A stretch of DNA of 64,000 bases from Flavobacteriales bacterium UBA5040 (GTDB lineage Bacteria > Bacteroidota > Bacteroidia > Flavobacteriales > Weeksellaceae). Positions 10,397 to 21,134 of this stretch are shown here, piece after piece. A program made the position numbers and the translations under genes. Positions within the stretch are counted from its first letter, which is position 1; every line of letters begins with the position of its first letter. The notes under the pieces were generated by a model that saw nothing but the letters and a program-made list of their open reading frames with translations, had not been told where the DNA came from and did no database searches. The DNA lies in assembly GCA_002415135.1 (NCBI GenBank), contig DIBY01000016.1:11319-75318 (forward strand), read 5' to 3'.

Positions 10397-10615
10397 AACA
10401 CAAATTTACGGAAAATAGTACACAGAATATAATATATTGCAGATTTGGAATCAATCCAAATAAATATCATGTTTATCTTGAGAAAAACCTTTAGAAATGA
10501 AATGACTTTTAAAAATGAAATAATTACTACTCAATCTGTAAATCTATCTTGAATTTCAACATTGAAATCTTAGCGAAAAATTTACTAAATTTGCACTCTT
10601 AAAATAGCAAGAAAA

Positions 10616-12313
10616 ATGCAGTTATCAGAACAGGAAATTATCAGGAGAGAAAAGTTACAAACCCTTGAAAAAATGGGTATTAACGCTTTTCCAGCCGAAG
10701 AATATAAAATTACAGAAACGACCAAAACCATTAAACAAGATTTTGTTGAAGGTAAAAAAGTTACGATTGCAGGTCGTTTGATGAGCCGTAGAATTCAGGG
10801 GAAAGCAAGTTTTGCGGAACTTCAGGATTCGGAAGGTAAAATTCAGGTTTACTTTAATCGTGATGAAATCTGTACTGGTGAAGATAAAACGCTTTACAAT
10901 GACGTTTACAAACACCTTTTAGACATCGGTGATATCATCGGAATTGAAGGTGAACTGTTCAACACGCAAGTTGGTGAAATGACCGTGAAGGTTACGGATT
11001 TCAAAATTCTAACAAAATCATTAAGACCACTTCCTTTACCAAAAGTTGATGCTGAGGGAAATACTTTCGACGCTTTCAATGATCCTGAACTTCGATACAG
11101 ACAACGTTATGTAGATTTAATCGTAAATCCACAAGTTAAAGAAGTTTTCATTAAAAGAACAAAATTGTTCAATGCGATGCGAACCTACTTTAATAATGCA
11201 GGATATTTTGAAGTGGAAACACCTGTTTTACAGTCAATCCCAGGTGGAGCCGCTGCAAGACCGTTTATCACGCATCACAACGCTTTAGACATTCCATTAT
11301 ATTTAAGAATTGCCAACGAACTCTATCTGAAAAGATTGATTGTAGGTGGTTTTGATGGTGTTTATGAATTCTCGAAAAACTTCAGAAATGAAGGTATGGA
11401 CAGAACTCACAATCCGGAATTTACCGTAATGGAAATTTATGTAGCTTACAAAGACTACAATTGGATGATGGATTTCACGGAAAAATTAGTGGAATACTGT
11501 GCGATTCAGGTAAATGGAACTACGAAAGGAAAATTCGGAGAGCAGGAAATTGATTTCAAAGCACCGTTTGAGAGAATTTCAATGACAGATGCGATTATAA
11601 AATACACCGGTTTTGATATTACTGGGAAATCAGAACAAGAACTTTTTGATTTCGCAAAATCGATCGGAATTGACGTCAATGAAACGATGGGTAAAGGAAA
11701 ATTAATTGATGAAATTTTTGGGGGAAAATGTGAAGGAAACTTTATTCAGCCAACTTTCATTACCGACTACCCTATCGAAATGTCGCCTTTAACAAAAAAA
11801 CACAGAAGCAAAGAAGGTTTAACCGAACGTTTCGAATTGATGATTTGTGGAAAAGAAATCGCGAATGCTTATTCGGAATTAAATGATCCAATCGATCAAA
11901 GAGAGCGTTTTGAGAAACAAGTAGAATTAGGTAAAAAAGGTGATGATGAAGCAATGTTCATCGACCAGGATTTCTTACGTGCCTTGGAATACGGAATGCC
12001 GCCAACGTCAGGTTTAGGAATTGGAATGGACCGTTTGATCATGTATTTAACGAACAATCCATCTATTCAGGAAGTTTTATTTTTCCCTCAAATGAAACCA
12101 GAGAAAGCAACACCAACGTTCGAATTGGATGAAGATGAAAAACTGGTTTTGGAAATTTTGAATTCTTCAGAAGAACCAATGACTTTGGGAGTCGTGAAAG
12201 TGAAGAGCAACCTTTCTGGAAAGAAGTGGGACAAAGCAGCAAAAAATTTAACTAAGTATAATTTGATTAAAGTAGAAAAAATCGACGATGTCGTTTTGAT
12301 GAAATTGATTTAA
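10616..12313 (+). CDS. lysS: Lysine--tRNA ligase (class II) with C-terminal extension
   Basis: RYRQRYVDL, GGAAARPF, FRNEG, HNPEF, GLGIGMDRL; TAAATTTG promoter box at 10586-10593. Confidence 0.97.
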   Translation: MQLSEQEIIRREKLQTLEKMGINAFPAEEYKITETTKTIKQDFVEGKKVTIAGRLMSRRIQGKASFAELQDSEGKIQVYFNRDEICTGEDKTLYNDVYKHLLDIGDIIGIEGELFNTQVGEMTVKVTDFKILTKSLRPLPLPKVDAEGNTFDAFNDPELRYRQRYVDLIVNPQVKEVFIKRTKLFNAMRTYFNNAGYFEVETPVLQSIPGGAAARPFITHHNALDIPLYLRIANELYLKRLIVGGFDGVYEFSKNFRNEGMDRTHNPEFTVMEIYVAYKDYNWMMDFTEKLVEYCAIQVNGTTKGKFGEQEIDFKAPFERISMTDAIIKYTGFDITGKSEQELFDFAKSIGIDVNETMGKGKLIDEIFGGKCEGNFIQPTFITDYPIEMSPLTKKHRSKEGLTERFELMICGKEIANAYSELNDPIDQRERFEKQVELGKKGDDEAMFIDQDFLRALEYGMPPTSGLGIGMDRLIMYLTNNPSIQEVLFFPQMKPEKATPTFELDEDEKLVLEILNSSEEPMTLGVVKVKSNLSGKKWDKAAKNLTKYNLIKVEKIDDVVLMKLI

Positions 12314-12333
12314 TAAAATCGAAATATATTTTT

Positions 12334-12363
12334 AAAAGCGGACTTTGCAGTTCGCTTTTTTTT
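12334..12363 (+). terminator. Intrinsic terminator after lysS
   Basis: AAAAGCGGACT-TTGC-AGTTCGCTTTT plus T-run. Confidence 0.75.
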
Positions 12364-12487
12364 AATCCCAAAAATTAACGATGAGATTAATCTGCTCAAA
12401 ATTTCATGAAGTATCATTTGATCAAAGTGAAAAAAATTGACGAAATTGCATTGATCAAATTGATATTAACACTTAACAAACAGTATT

Positions 12488-12904
12488 ATGAAAAGAAATG
12501 CAACAGCCGTTTGGCAAGGTTCAGGTAAAGAAGGTAAAGGGAATTTGACGACTCAAAGTACCACGTTGAATAAAACTCAGTATTCCTATAATTCCCGTTT
12601 TGAAGAAGGCGTGGGAACCAATCCTGAAGAATTAATAGCAGCTGCTCATGCGGGTTGTTTCAATATGGCGTTATCATTCAAAATTGATGAAGCAGGTTTT
12701 AAAGCTGAAAATTTGGAAACAAAATGCGTGATCAATTTAGACCCTTCAAAAGGTGAAATCACAGAATCAATTTTAACCCTGACCGCAACTGTCCCAGGAA
12801 TTTCAAAAGAAAAATTTGATGAACTGGTTGCCGATGCTGAAAAAAACTGTCCGATTTCTAAATTATTGAATACTGAAATTAAAATTCAGGCGACTTTAGT
12901 TTAA
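12488..12904 (+). CDS. osmC: OsmC family peroxiredoxin
   Basis: GTNPEELIAAAHAGCF and CPISK motifs. Confidence 0.93.
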   Translation: MKRNATAVWQGSGKEGKGNLTTQSTTLNKTQYSYNSRFEEGVGTNPEELIAAAHAGCFNMALSFKIDEAGFKAENLETKCVINLDPSKGEITESILTLTATVPGISKEKFDELVADAEKNCPISKLLNTEIKIQATLV

Positions 12905-12931
12905 GACAATTTAAAATCATTTAAAAGATAT

Positions 12932-12957
12932 AAATCCTCAAAATTTTGAGGATTTTT
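12932..12957 (+). terminator. Intrinsic terminator after osmC
   Basis: AAATCCTCAAAA/TTTTGAGGATTTTT. Confidence 0.65.
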
Positions 12958-13126
12958 CGCATAGAATAACTCCAGTTTTATGACTTTTTTAACTTTCATA
13001 TTCCGACGAAATTCAGTATATTTGTTAGCATTTTGAAATAGAGAAAAAACACTTTGTTTTCAGCAAAATTTTAATTAAAAATACTAAGACATTCGAGGCG
13101 ACTTCGCTTTGATGAATAACAAAAAT

Positions 13127-15061
13127 ATGAGCCAAAAAGAATATACAGCGAGTAGTATACAAGCGTTAGAAGGAATGGAGCATGTGAGAATGCGTCCATC
13201 AATGTACATTGGTGATGTTGGATCCAGAGGTCTGCATCATTTAGTTTATGAGGTAATCGACAACTCTATAGATGAGGCGTTAGCAGGGCATTGCGACACG
13301 ATCTCTGTAGTCATTCACGAAGGCGAATCCATTAGCGTGAAAGATAATGGTCGTGGTATTCCGGTAGATATGCATGAGAAGGAGCAAAAATCAGCTCTGG
13401 AAGTGGTGATGACCAAGATCGGTGCTGGTGGAAAATTTGACAAAGATTCTTATAAAGTTTCTGGTGGATTGCACGGTGTTGGCGTTTCTTGTGTGAATGC
13501 ATTGTCAAATTCATTGATTGCAACGGTTTATAAAGATGGTAAAGTTTACCAACAAAAATATAGCAAAGGAAAGGCTTTAGCAGATGTTGCTGAAATCGGG
13601 ACTACTGACGAAAGAGGAACAGAAGTTTTCTTTCAGCCAGATGATACCATTTTTCAGGAACTGGTTTACAACTACGATACTTTAGCAAGCAGACTTCGCG
13701 AACTTTCTTATTTGAATAAAGGAATTACGATCACTTTAACGGATGAAAGAGTTGTAGAGGAAGACGGTTCTTTGAAAAGCGATATTTTCCATTCTGAAGG
13801 TGGCTTGAAAGAGTTTGTAGAATACATTGACGGAAACCGTGAAAGCATTATGAATAATGTGATCTTCATGGAAGGAGAAAAAGATAATATTCCGGTAGAG
13901 GTTGCGATGCGATACAACACTTCTTACAACGAGAATTTACACTCTTACGTTAATAATATCAATACACACGAAGGTGGAACTCATCTTGCAGGTTTTAGAA
14001 GAGCTTTAACAAGAACGCTCAAGAAATTTGCTGATGAATTAGGACTTCCGGCAAAAGAAAAAGTAGAAGTTACAGGTGATGATTTCCGTGAGGGATTAAC
14101 AGCGGTGATTTCGGTTAAAGTAATGGAACCTCAGTTTGAAGGACAAACCAAAACAAAATTAGGAAACTCTGAAGTTTCTGGTGCTGTTGATAAGATTGTG
14201 GGAGAAATGCTAACCAACTTCTTAGAAGAGCATCCAAACGAAGCAAAAATTATTGTACAGAAAGTGGTGCTTGCAGCGAAAGCGCGACAGGCAGCGAAAA
14301 AAGCAAGAGAACTTGTTCAGCGTAAATCCCCAATGGGCGGAAGTGGACTTCCAGGAAAACTTTCTGACTGTTCTTCGAAAGATCCAGAGATTTCTGAACT
14401 TTTCTTGGTCGAGGGAGATTCAGCAGGTGGAACGGCTAAGCAAGGCCGTGACCGCCATTTCCAGGCGATTCTACCTTTACGTGGTAAAATTTTGAATGTT
14501 GAAAAATCGATGCTCCACAAAGTGTATGACAACGAAGAGATCAAAAATATTTACACAGCATTAGGAGTTTCTGTAGGAACAGAAGAAGATAGCAAAGCTT
14601 TAAATATCTCCAAATTAAGATACCATAAAGTGGTGATTATGTGTGATGCCGATATTGACGGTGCTCACATTGCAACTTTAATTATGACCTTCTTCTTTAG
14701 ATACATGAAGGAACTTATTGAAAATGGCTATATCTATATCGCTCAGCCACCTTTATATCTTTTGAAAAAAGGAAATAAGAAGGTTTATGCCTATAATGAA
14801 AAGGAACGTGAAGAAATTACGCTGGAAATGTCACCAGACGGAAAAGGAGTTGAAGTTCAACGTTACAAAGGTCTTGGGGAAATGAATCCTGAACAGCTTT
14901 GGGATACCACTCTAAATCCTGAACGCAGAACCTTAAAACAAATTAGAATCGAAAGTTTAGCAGAAGCTGACAATGTATTCTCTATGTTGATGGGTGACGA
15001 AGTTCCACCACGACGAGCATTCATCGAGAAGAATGCTGTTTATGCAAAAATTGATGTTTAA
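13127..15061 (+). CDS. gyrB: DNA gyrase subunit B
   Basis: RPSMYIG, DNGRGIP, GGLHGVG, EGDSAGG, PLRGKILN, RYKGLGEM; start placed at MSQKEY. Confidence 0.97.
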   Translation: MSQKEYTASSIQALEGMEHVRMRPSMYIGDVGSRGLHHLVYEVIDNSIDEALAGHCDTISVVIHEGESISVKDNGRGIPVDMHEKEQKSALEVVMTKIGAGGKFDKDSYKVSGGLHGVGVSCVNALSNSLIATVYKDGKVYQQKYSKGKALADVAEIGTTDERGTEVFFQPDDTIFQELVYNYDTLASRLRELSYLNKGITITLTDERVVEEDGSLKSDIFHSEGGLKEFVEYIDGNRESIMNNVIFMEGEKDNIPVEVAMRYNTSYNENLHSYVNNINTHEGGTHLAGFRRALTRTLKKFADELGLPAKEKVEVTGDDFREGLTAVISVKVMEPQFEGQTKTKLGNSEVSGAVDKIVGEMLTNFLEEHPNEAKIIVQKVVLAAKARQAAKKARELVQRKSPMGGSGLPGKLSDCSSKDPEISELFLVEGDSAGGTAKQGRDRHFQAILPLRGKILNVEKSMLHKVYDNEEIKNIYTALGVSVGTEEDSKALNISKLRYHKVVIMCDADIDGAHIATLIMTFFFRYMKELIENGYIYIAQPPLYLLKKGNKKVYAYNEKEREEITLEMSPDGKGVEVQRYKGLGEMNPEQLWDTTLNPERRTLKQIRIESLAEADNVFSMLMGDEVPPRRAFIEKNAVYAKIDV

Positions 15062-15078
15062 TTATATCTAAGAAATTT

Positions 15079-15114
15079 AAAAAAGCTGTTCATTGATTTG
15101 AGCAGCTTTTTTTT
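15079..15114 (+). terminator. Intrinsic terminator after gyrB
   Basis: AAAAAAGCTGTTCA..TGAGCAGCTTTTTTTT. Confidence 0.75.
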
Positions 15115-15199
15115 GAAATTATTAATGAAAAAAGCCATCTTATTCGAATGTCATTTTCCTATAAAAAATTCGATATATTTGATAAAATTAAAACTGACA

Positions 15200-15628
15200 A
15201 TGATGCTAACTTTATTACAAACTACTTCTTACAATGGAATGGATTCCGGAGATGCCGCAACTTATTTTGCGATCATGGGCGGAGCTCTAATTTTCTCTTT
15301 GATTTTCTATTTGTTATTTTCCTTCTGTGTTTACAAAATATTCCAAAAAGCAGGTAGAGAAGATGCTTGGGCAGCTTTTATTCCAATTTACAATACCATC
15401 GTAATGGTCGATATTATTAAAAAACCGATTTGGTGGTTTATCATGCTGCTGATTCCATTTGTCAATATTATATTTGGAATTATGATGGCAGATCGATTAG
15501 CAAAGTTCTTCGGCAAAGACACGCTAATGACTGTTGTACTGGTATTATTTCCGTATATCGGTTTGCCTGTGCTTGCATTTGGTAATGCTGTTTATCACCC
15601 GGATGCTTTGCCCGATGATAGAAAATAA
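15200..15628 (+). CDS. DUF5684-like membrane protein
   Basis: KIFQKAG..WAAFIPIYN, LLIPFVN, LAKFFGK; TATATTTG promoter at 15174-15181 supports the later start. Confidence 0.75.
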   Translation: MMLTLLQTTSYNGMDSGDAATYFAIMGGALIFSLIFYLLFSFCVYKIFQKAGREDAWAAFIPIYNTIVMVDIIKKPIWWFIMLLIPFVNIIFGIMMADRLAKFFGKDTLMTVVLVLFPYIGLPVLAFGNAVYHPDALPDDRK

Positions 15629-15639
15629 AATTAAATATT

Positions 15640-15667
15640 AAAACCGTCAGTGAGACGGTTTTTTTTT
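15640..15667 (+). terminator. Intrinsic terminator
   Basis: AAAACCGTC-AGTGA-GACGGTTTTTTTTT. Confidence 0.75.
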
Positions 15668-15718
15668 CAGTCTAAAAGTTTTATTTTTACGTCAGTAAAA
15701 TTTTGATTAAATTTAAGA

Positions 15719-16528
15719 ATGAAAAATCTAGTAGCACTTTCCCTATTTTTATCAATCTCAGTTGTAAGTTGTAAAAAAGAAAAAACCTTAAAAGATGATT
15801 CCACCATGATCAATACAGAGATCGTAGCGGAAACACAAAGCTTCCAAATCGATTCGGTTCGGGTAAAAGATTCCTTGAAAATAGATAAAAATCTAACCTT
15901 AGGTTTTGAGTCAAAACTACTTGTATTTCCTAGTCTCAAAAATAAACAGCTTTTAGATTCCATCTATGCTCCAAAACAAATTCAATTAGCAGAATATTCC
16001 AAAGCAAATCTTAGTGAAGCGCTCACTAAAAAAAAGACAGAATATTATGAGGAGCAAAAAGTATCTTTAAAAGATTATACGCCTGAGTTCGCCCAAAACT
16101 GGTTTAACAACAGCGGCATGAAAGTGTTTTCAAAGGATAATGATTTCATGACTGTTCAATATACAGGCGATGGTTATACTGGCGGAGCACACGGCTACTA
16201 CTATGAAAACTATAAAGTTTTTGATTTGAAAAATAAAAAATCCGTTCAATTATCTGATGTTGTTTCCAATACAGATTCTTCTTTATGGCAAAAAATTTTA
16301 ATGGATAATTTTTTGAAAAATGATTCAGAGAAAGGACAGGCCGAAATGATTTTAGTCAAAGACATTCCACTGAATGATAATTTCTATTTCGACAAAGAGT
16401 TTCTTTATTTCCTTTACAATCAATATGAAATTACCGCTTATGCAGCTGGAACTGTTTTAATTAAAATTCCACTATCGGATATTAAACCTTTGCTGACCGA
16501 AGAATTCATTCAGCGTCAAGGATTATAA
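15719..16528 (+). CDS. RsiV/DUF3298-family lipoprotein
   Basis: Lipobox VSC; YTGGAHG and YNQYEITAYAAG motifs. Confidence 0.8.
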   Translation: MKNLVALSLFLSISVVSCKKEKTLKDDSTMINTEIVAETQSFQIDSVRVKDSLKIDKNLTLGFESKLLVFPSLKNKQLLDSIYAPKQIQLAEYSKANLSEALTKKKTEYYEEQKVSLKDYTPEFAQNWFNNSGMKVFSKDNDFMTVQYTGDGYTGGAHGYYYENYKVFDLKNKKSVQLSDVVSNTDSSLWQKILMDNFLKNDSEKGQAEMILVKDIPLNDNFYFDKEFLYFLYNQYEITAYAAGTVLIKIPLSDIKPLLTEEFIQRQGL

Positions 16529-16579
16529 TAATTTTATAAAGCAGGCTTTTATCGCTTGCTTTTTCTATTTTTGTACCCC

Positions 16580-17431
16580 ATGAAAAATGTCGCCTTTATC
16601 ATCAATCCGTTTTCTGCGAAGAAAAATTATCAACCTTTTTTAGATACACTTCAAGAGCAAGTTGAGGATCCGAATTTCTACATTTCTAAATCTTTAGCAG
16701 GAACTGAAAAATTCATCAAAGACCACTTTGATACCACCGATATTTTTGTAGCAGTCGGAGGAGATGGAACCATTTCATCTGTCGCAAAACAATTGATCAA
16801 TACCGGAAAAATCCTGGCTATCTTTCCAGCTGGATCAGGAAATGGTTTTTCTAATGAGAATAATTTTAGCAAAAATTTAGATGAACTTTTAGTAAAAATA
16901 AAAGCCAGTCAATTTCGTGAAATCGACACTTTCAAAGTGAACAATCTACTGTCGATCAATGTTTCAGGAACTGGTTTCGACGGAAAGGTAGTAAAGCAAT
17001 TTGAAAAAACAAGCCGTGGATTTAAAAATTATATTAAAATATCCATCAAAACTTTCTTTAATTTTAATCCGATCCAAGTAAAATTTAAAACCGAAGAATT
17101 TAAGAAACACGATGGTGAATATCTGATGCTGAATATTGCAAATACCCGTCAATTCGGCAATAACGCTTATATTGCTCCTCACGCAAGCACGGTTGACGGT
17201 CTGGTAGAGATCGTTTTGGTTAAGAAATTTCCATTGTATTATGGAGCTTTATTTGCAGCAAGAATGTTTTCTAAAAACCTAAAAGAAGATCAATACATCA
17301 CCTATCTTTCGGTTCCCGCAATCGAATTTACAGTGAATACGAACGATTGGCATTTGGATGGTGAATACAATGAAATAACCTCTCCTATTCAAATTAAAGT
17401 ACTGCCAAAAAGTTTAAAGATTTTAATTTAG
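16580..17431 (+). CDS. Diacylglycerol/lipid kinase family (YegS/DAGK)
   Basis: INP, GGDGT, PAGSGNGF, LDGE motifs. Confidence 0.88.
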   Translation: MKNVAFIINPFSAKKNYQPFLDTLQEQVEDPNFYISKSLAGTEKFIKDHFDTTDIFVAVGGDGTISSVAKQLINTGKILAIFPAGSGNGFSNENNFSKNLDELLVKIKASQFREIDTFKVNNLLSINVSGTGFDGKVVKQFEKTSRGFKNYIKISIKTFFNFNPIQVKFKTEEFKKHDGEYLMLNIANTRQFGNNAYIAPHASTVDGLVEIVLVKKFPLYYGALFAARMFSKNLKEDQYITYLSVPAIEFTVNTNDWHLDGEYNEITSPIQIKVLPKSLKILI

Positions 17432-18732
17432 GTCTGATCCTGCAATCCTTTTTTGTAGGTTTCCAAAGCTCTTAATCTCGCAAACTTATGCTCAACAATC
17501 GGTTCTGGATATTGTTTGGTTCCAAATTCTTTGACCCATTTTTTAATGTATTTAAAATCAGGGTCGAATTTCTTTTGTTGCTCTGCTGGATTAAATACTC
17601 TGAAATAAGGAGCCGAATCACAACCCGTACCTGCACTCCACTGCCAGTTTCCATTATTGGCAGATAAATCATAATCCATTAATTTTTCCGCAAAATAAGC
17701 TTCACCAATCCTCCAATCCATCAACAGATGTTTGGTGAAAAAACTTGCGCAAACCATTCGAATACGATTGTGCATAAATCCGGTTTCATTCAATTCCCGC
17801 ATTCCTGCATCTACAATCGGATAACCGGTTTTTCCTTCCTGCCATTTTGTTAAAAGCTCTTCGTCGTAAAGCCAGTCAATATGATCATATTTCCGTTTAA
17901 ACGATTCTGTAACCACTTTTGGATAATGAAATAAAATCTGCATAAAAAATTCCCGCCAGATCAACTCTTTCAAATAAGTTTCATTAAGCTGACTTGCTTC
18001 TGCAGCGAGTTTACGCACACTGATCGTTCCAAATCGAAGATGAGCACTCATTTCAGAAGTTGGCGTAGTGGGAAAATTTCGCGTTTCGTGATAAGTCTTT
18101 AAAATATTGCGATTGATTTGCGGAATCTCAAATTGGTAAGAAGTTTCCTTAAATCCAATTTGATCTAAAGACAAATCCTGTTTTTCAACATCAACTAAAT
18201 GATGGAGGAGTTTCTCACTGGCATAAAACTGCACTTTTTCAGCATTAAACTTAGTGAGCCATTGTTTTGAATACGGCGTGTAAATAGAATACGGCGTTCT
18301 GTCAGCTTTCAAAATATCATCTTTGTGAAAATGCACCTGATCTTTAAAAGAATGAAATTCAATATGCTTTTGATTTAAAAACTCTTCTATTTCTAAATCT
18401 CTTCTAATGGCCGAAGGTTCATAATCTTCGTTACAGAACACTTTTTCAATCGTATATTTTTCCGAAAGTTCTTTAAAGACAGTTAGTGGTTTGCCATGAA
18501 GAATCTTGATCGACTTTCCTGATTTTTCTAAAAATTGATTTAAAATATTTAAGACCTGAACAATTAAATCAACTCGGCGATCTTCTTTGTTTTCTAATTT
18601 TGATAAAATTTCGGTATCAAAAATAAAAACAGGCAAAACCTTTTCAGAAGATTCTAAAGCTTTAAAAAGTCCATGATTATCGGCTAAACGCAAATCGCGC
18701 CGAAACCAAAAAACTGATATTTTATCAGGCAT
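17428..18732 (-). CDS. phrB: Deoxyribodipyrimidine photolyase / cryptochrome family
   Basis: WFRRDLRLADN, TGYPIVDAGMREL, MHNR, NNGNWQW. Confidence 0.92.
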   Translation of the reverse strand: MPDKISVFWFRRDLRLADNHGLFKALESSEKVLPVFIFDTEILSKLENKEDRRVDLIVQVLNILNQFLEKSGKSIKILHGKPLTVFKELSEKYTIEKVFCNEDYEPSAIRRDLEIEEFLNQKHIEFHSFKDQVHFHKDDILKADRTPYSIYTPYSKQWLTKFNAEKVQFYASEKLLHHLVDVEKQDLSLDQIGFKETSYQFEIPQINRNILKTYHETRNFPTTPTSEMSAHLRFGTISVRKLAAEASQLNETYLKELIWREFFMQILFHYPKVVTESFKRKYDHIDWLYDEELLTKWQEGKTGYPIVDAGMRELNETGFMHNRIRMVCASFFTKHLLMDWRIGEAYFAEKLMDYDLSANNGNWQWSAGTGCDSAPYFRVFNPAEQQKKFDPDFKYIKKWVKEFGTKQYPEPIVEHKFARLRALETYKKGLQDQT

Positions 18733-19375
18733 TTGCAACCATTTTCAACAGATTTGTTGGCTCTTCATCACGCAAATTGGTATAAATGGTATGATGGAAC
18801 GTGTTGAGTTTTTTCAGAGAAATCAACAAGTGCTCCTTTTCATTTTCATTTAGTTTACCACACATAATTTTCGAAACCATGGTGATGTCTTTCATCGATT
18901 CCGTGAATACTTTTTTCCCTTTTTCTGTAACAGAAATTCGGGTACTTCTCTTATCGTCTTTGTCAGGCGTTTCTTCAAATAGTCCATTTCGAACCAGTCG
19001 TTTGATGATCTCGATTCCAGACTGCTTTTCGTGGGCGTTTTTCTCGATGAGTTGCATTTTGGTTAAAGATGGATAGTCCATCAACCTGAAAAGATAAGTA
19101 AAATCTTCATTGACCAAATCGCGATGATTTTCCAAAGATTTTTTAATTAAATGTTTAGAATATCTGCCCAACATAATCACTTGTTTTGCGATTTCATTTT
19201 CAAGATCATTTACTTCTAACTCAAATTTATCCGATAAGTTTCTGGGCGTTTCTTTTTCGTAAGCCTTTTGATTCAGATACAATCTAAAATCCTCTAAACT
19301 TGTTTGAGTACTCGGTTGAATTTTTTGAAACGTATCTAATTCTGTTAAGATATCTATGATTAAATTTAATTCCAT
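18725..19375 (-). CDS. MarR-family winged-helix regulator
   Basis: IIKRLVRNG..DKDDKRSTRISVTEKG wing motif. Confidence 0.85.
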   Translation of the reverse strand: MELNLIIDILTELDTFQKIQPSTQTSLEDFRLYLNQKAYEKETPRNLSDKFELEVNDLENEIAKQVIMLGRYSKHLIKKSLENHRDLVNEDFTYLFRLMDYPSLTKMQLIEKNAHEKQSGIEIIKRLVRNGLFEETPDKDDKRSTRISVTEKGKKVFTESMKDITMVSKIMCGKLNENEKEHLLISLKKLNTFHHTIYTNLRDEEPTNLLKMVANA

Positions 19376-19387
19376 GATTGGATATTT

Positions 19388-20083
19388 TTAAAGTTTTATA
19401 TTTCCTAAGCCACCGTCAAGGCCGATTATTTGCCCTGTCATCCAGGAGCTTTTTTCTGATAAAAGAAACGCTACCAATTGCGCGCTGTCTTGTGGTGTAC
19501 CAATTCTTTGCAATGGATGTCTTTTCGCAGAAGCCGCTCTCTTTTCTTCTGTTGATAGCAATTGAGCTGCGAGCGAAGTATCTGAAAGCGATGGCGCAAT
19601 TACATTAACGCGGATATTTGCCGCTGCCAGTTCAGCCGCCAGACTTTTGGCAAAACCTTCAATAGCTCCTTTACTCGCTGCAATAGAGGTGTGAAATGGC
19701 ATTCCTACTTTTGCTGCAACCGTTGAGAATAAAACGACACTCGCTGATTTAGATTTTTTCAAAGCCGGCAAACATTTCTGAATGATCCTCACCGCTCCCA
19801 TAAAATTTTGATTAAAATCTGCTAAGAAATCTTCTTCTGTTAAGCGATTAAAAGGTCTCAAATTAATGGAACCTGGACAAAATACAATTCCGTGCAATTC
19901 ATCGGGCAAAGATATCTCATTAAGGTCATCTTTAGCAACATCCAATTCAAAAAATTGAGTATTTAGCTCGTCTAATTCCGGAGTTGTATTTCTAGAAATC
20001 GTATACAGATTTTCATTTCGTAAAAGTCGTGCAGTCTCCAGTCCAATACCTTTTCCTGCGCCAACTATCAATATGTTATTCAT
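19388..20083 (-). CDS. SDR family oxidoreductase
   Basis: GAGKGIG, RVNVIAP, HPLQRIG, DGG; the YxxxK Tyr position reads I (IAASK), atypical. Confidence 0.85.
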   Translation of the reverse strand: MNNILIVGAGKGIGLETARLLRNENLYTISRNTTPELDELNTQFFELDVAKDDLNEISLPDELHGIVFCPGSINLRPFNRLTEEDFLADFNQNFMGAVRIIQKCLPALKKSKSASVVLFSTVAAKVGMPFHTSIAASKGAIEGFAKSLAAELAAANIRVNVIAPSLSDTSLAAQLLSTEEKRAASAKRHPLQRIGTPQDSAQLVAFLLSEKSSWMTGQIIGLDGGLGNIKL

Positions 20084-20228
20084 GTTTTTTATTTTTTATC
20101 TTCTTACATTTCTCACTACAGTACTTTACTGCTTCCCAATCTTTTTCCCATTTTTTCCGCCAGGAAAAAGGTCTTTCGCAAGTCAAACAAATCTTCGTTG
20201 GAAGATGTTCTTTTTTTATATTTTTCAA
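20076..20228 (-). CDS. DUF2256-family small Cys protein (50 aa, below ORF-track cutoff)
   Basis: TTG start; [50 protein letters not shown]. Confidence 0.85.
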   Translation of the reverse strand: MKNIKKEHLPTKICLTCERPFSWRKKWEKDWEAVKYCSEKCKKIKNKKHE

Positions 20229-20234
20229 AACTTT

Positions 20235-20855
20235 TTAAGGTTTTGCATAAGGCAATTGACTTAAAAAATCACTGGTATAATAAGCATCTAAACCACCGCT
20301 GAGCAGCAAATCAAATGGTTTCACCAGACCATCCTCCGCCAATCTATTTTTGGGAATATGAATTCGCTCAATACTTCCAATCACCATTTTGGTATTATTA
20401 ATTTCAATATCTACGATTTGCTGGAATTTCATTTCAATTTTAATTTCTGCTTCTTTTACGAACGGAGAAAAACAATGTTCTGAATATTGCGGTTTTAAAC
20501 CTGTGGCTTCAAATTCAGATTGATCTTTCGGATATCTTGCTGAAGTCTGATGCGCTTCTTTCATCCATTTTTTATCCAAATAATTAAGCGTGTAACTTCC
20601 AGTTTGTTTGATATTTTCTAAAGTATCACGCTCCACAGAATGCGGTCTGGAGATAAATCCAAATAATGGAGGATGCGCTCCCAAATGAATTAACGAATTA
20701 AAGATCGCAACGTTTTCCTGACCATCTTTCGATTTTGTCCCAATCAAAGCAACCTGCCGAATTCCAGCTAAAGAATTGATCAATTTGGTGCAAAACAATT
20801 TCTCGCTTTCCAAAATATTTTCTTGACTGAGATTTAAAATTTCTTCCTGTTGCAT
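20235..20855 (-). CDS. Flavin reductase family protein
   Basis: NVAIFNSLIHLGAHPP, RDTLENI, SEFEATGL; start placed at MQQEE to avoid overlap. Confidence 0.8.
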   Translation of the reverse strand: MQQEEILNLSQENILESEKLFCTKLINSLAGIRQVALIGTKSKDGQENVAIFNSLIHLGAHPPLFGFISRPHSVERDTLENIKQTGSYTLNYLDKKWMKEAHQTSARYPKDQSEFEATGLKPQYSEHCFSPFVKEAEIKIEMKFQQIVDIEINNTKMVIGSIERIHIPKNRLAEDGLVKPFDLLLSGGLDAYYTSDFLSQLPYAKP

Positions 20856-20856
20856 T

Positions 20857-21132
20857 TTATCTTTTGCTAATTTTATTTCCGGAAATCGTTCTTTGTCGCG
20901 TACATTTAAACCGATCAATCTCACTATTTCTTTTGAACAAATGCTTTTGACTTACTCCCGAATTAACGCGTGCCCGCCATAAATTAAATGAACTTCTTTT
21001 CAGTTCTTTTCTCATCAACGCAATCACGTTCTTTTCTGCCAACGCGAACTGGTAAGTAATCGCTTCAAAAGGCGTTCGGTCTTCCCAAGCCATTTCGATG
21101 ATCCTATCGATTTGTACTTCTGTAAAACTCAC
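20857..21132 (-). CDS. TIGR03643/DUF2805 family protein
   Basis: DRIIEMAWEDRTPFEAI signature. Confidence 0.85.
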   Translation of the reverse strand: MSFTEVQIDRIIEMAWEDRTPFEAITYQFALAEKNVIALMRKELKRSSFNLWRARVNSGVSQKHLFKRNSEIDRFKCTRQRTISGNKISKR

Positions 21133-21134
21133 TT

